Source: Klebsiella phage vB_Kpn_003_Koku. From it: a stretch of 45,245 nt of DNA. The translations under genes and the position numbers were made by a program. The notes under the pieces are model-generated. The model made no database searches, had not been told where the DNA came from, and worked only from the letters and a program-made list of their open reading frames with translations. Below, piece after piece: positions 44,243-45,245 of this stretch (the stretch's first letter is position 1; each line of letters begins with the position of its first letter). Where the stretch lies: sequence record PV625052.1. The stretch is one strand, 5' to 3'.

Positions 44243-44327
44243 TTAATTTACGGGTATACAATTGAGGGCCACACCTCACCTCCCTCGGATTAAACATACA
44301 ATCATGTATGAATGGTGTGACCCTCTG
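44243..44327 (-). repeat. Leader module duplicated at 4604..4654 (ttaatttacgggtatacaattgagggcca ... tgaccctctg)
   Basis: Near-identical 30-mer and 10-mer segments flank a variable insert. Both copies lie directly downstream of a 'cagtatta' promoter and form a GAGGG...CCCTC hairpin at the transcript 5' end. Confidence 0.7.
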
Positions 44328-44347
44328 TTCTATACTCGCCAGTATTA
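44328..44347 (-). promoter_or_regulatory. Phage RNAP promoter ('cagtatta' variant); its TAA is the phosphoesterase stop codon
   Basis: The plus strand reads ttctatactcgccagtatta. Confidence 0.75.
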
Positions 44348-45245
44348 CAACTTGCCTACCCAGCGGCCTTCAAAGTCTGTCTGCATAGGGACAACCTGTG
44401 GCACACTGTCAACAATGACAATGCAGCCAAGGGCTGGCTTATACTTAGACTCCTTGCCATAGGCGAAGGCCTTGGATTCCTCATCCACCAGGCAACCACC
44501 TTGCGCCGCCCAATACTGCTCGCGGGTATTGCGGGCATACTCAATGGACATCTTGCCATGCAAGTGACCACAGATGAGATGGGTGCGCTCGTGGGCTGCA
44601 TCGGTGAGCACCGCACCTGCTGGTTGGTGCTTGAAGGACACCAGCTCACCGTTAGGTAGGCGTAAGGTGTGGGTGTGTCGCCACTCCCAGCGCTGCCCGC
44701 TCCCATCCGGGAAGAACACCTCACGGTAGGTTCGCAGGTACTGCACCGGGATACCATGTGCATTAGCCTTACGGAAATGCATGGAGCCATGGTTGGAGTG
44801 ACACAGGCGCATCACCGGGAACATGGTGTGCAACTTACGCATGAAGACACGGGCACGCTCCAGCTCCTTGCCTGCACTATCCAGGTTTGGGTCTGAGTCA
44901 TGGAATGACATAGCGTGCTTGTCTGCCTCATCACCCAGGTGCACCACGGTGTCCGGGCGATACCGAGCTGCCACAGCTGCCAGGAACTCCAGGGTATCCG
45001 GGTGTTCATACGGAGCATGGGTGTCCGGGATTACCAGTACACTTCGATGAGCCGACTCAGGCAGTGGTACAGTAGCCAGATCTTCATACCTGTCAGGGCT
45101 GCGCACTTCACGTTCTTCTTTGATAGCTCGATTTGCTTGAACCAGAGACTGATAGTCGTCGCCGTTCTTCTTATGCACCTCGAACTGTTTGGCCCAATAC
45201 CGCGCGAGCTGGCGAGTGACTGGAGCCTGTTGAGGCATATCCGAC
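44345..45245 (-). CDS. Calcineurin-like metallophosphoesterase (Ser/Thr phosphatase-like); the 5' end wraps to 59..1
   Basis: Motifs VIPDTHAPYEHPD (GDxH-like), HLGDEADKH (GDxxD-like) and HSNHGSMH (GNHE-like). The reading frame stays open to the window edge and continues in frame at position 59. Confidence 0.75.
   Translation of the reverse strand, partial: SDMPQQAPVTRQLARYWAKQFEVHKKNGDDYQSLVQANRAIKEEREVRSPDRYEDLATVPLPESAHRSVLVIPDTHAPYEHPDTLEFLAAVAARYRPDTVVHLGDEADKHAMSFHDSDPNLDSAGKELERARVFMRKLHTMFPVMRLCHSNHGSMHFRKANAHGIPVQYLRTYREVFFPDGSGQRWEWRHTHTLRLPNGELVSFKHQPAGAVLTDAAHERTHLICGHLHGKMSIEYARNTREQYWAAQGGCLVDEESKAFAYGKESKYKPALGCIVIVDSVPQVVPMQTDFEGRWVGKL

Noticed and set aside
1-45245. Integrase, repressor, tRNA or other temperate/mobile-element features
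   Set aside because: No tyrosine- or serine-recombinase-like ORF is present, and no tRNA-like cloverleaf or attachment-site repeats were noticed. The gene content is that of an obligately lytic T7/SP6-like phage.

Overview
The window reads as one complete, reverse-complemented and circularly permuted genome of a lytic T7/SP6-like podovirus (Autographiviridae; SP6/K1-5-like layout), about 45.2 kb. Every credible gene is on the minus strand. The evidence for circularity is that the first 59 nt of the window and the ORF at the right edge (44345..45245) join in frame, so the linear break falls inside a gene. The true genome ends probably lie in the 1.3-kb non-coding region 16668..18004.

Gene order along the minus strand, from that region: early hypotheticals; single-subunit RNA polymerase, then an intrinsic terminator; primase-helicase; family-A DNA polymerase; hypotheticals with an acidic ...EEY C-terminal tail (a possible SSB analogue); 5'-3' exonuclease; endonuclease VII; metallophosphoesterase; MazG-like protein; ATP-dependent ligase; GNAT acetyltransferase; portal; scaffold; capsid; tail tubular A and B; internal virion proteins (one carrying a lysozyme domain); tail-fiber/adapter; T7-type holin; small and large terminase; three paralogous small proteins; M15 endolysin; a small TM protein; Rz/Rz1; two beta-helix tailspikes.

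The strongest non-coding signal is a family of at least 12 near-identical phage-RNAP promoters, minus-strand consensus TAATAGTGGCGAGTATAGAAG. This is SP6-like at the initiation region but distinct in the specificity region.

The items most worth a second look:
- a phased array of 6 perfect plus 2 near-perfect DnaA boxes (TTATCCACA) in the terminal non-coding region;
- a 20-bp palindrome, TTGTCCAACRYGTTGGACAA(GCC), present 7 times;
- a GCACTATGG repeat family;
- a triplicated small-protein family, one copy fused to an Ig-like domain, between terminase and lysis genes;
- a shared acidic C-terminal ...EEY tail on three replisome-region proteins;
- a scaffold gene split by a -1 frame change;
- two separate lysis modules.

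Motif coordinates that I counted by hand may be off by +/-2 nt. CDS coordinates follow the ORF track except where a start was refined.
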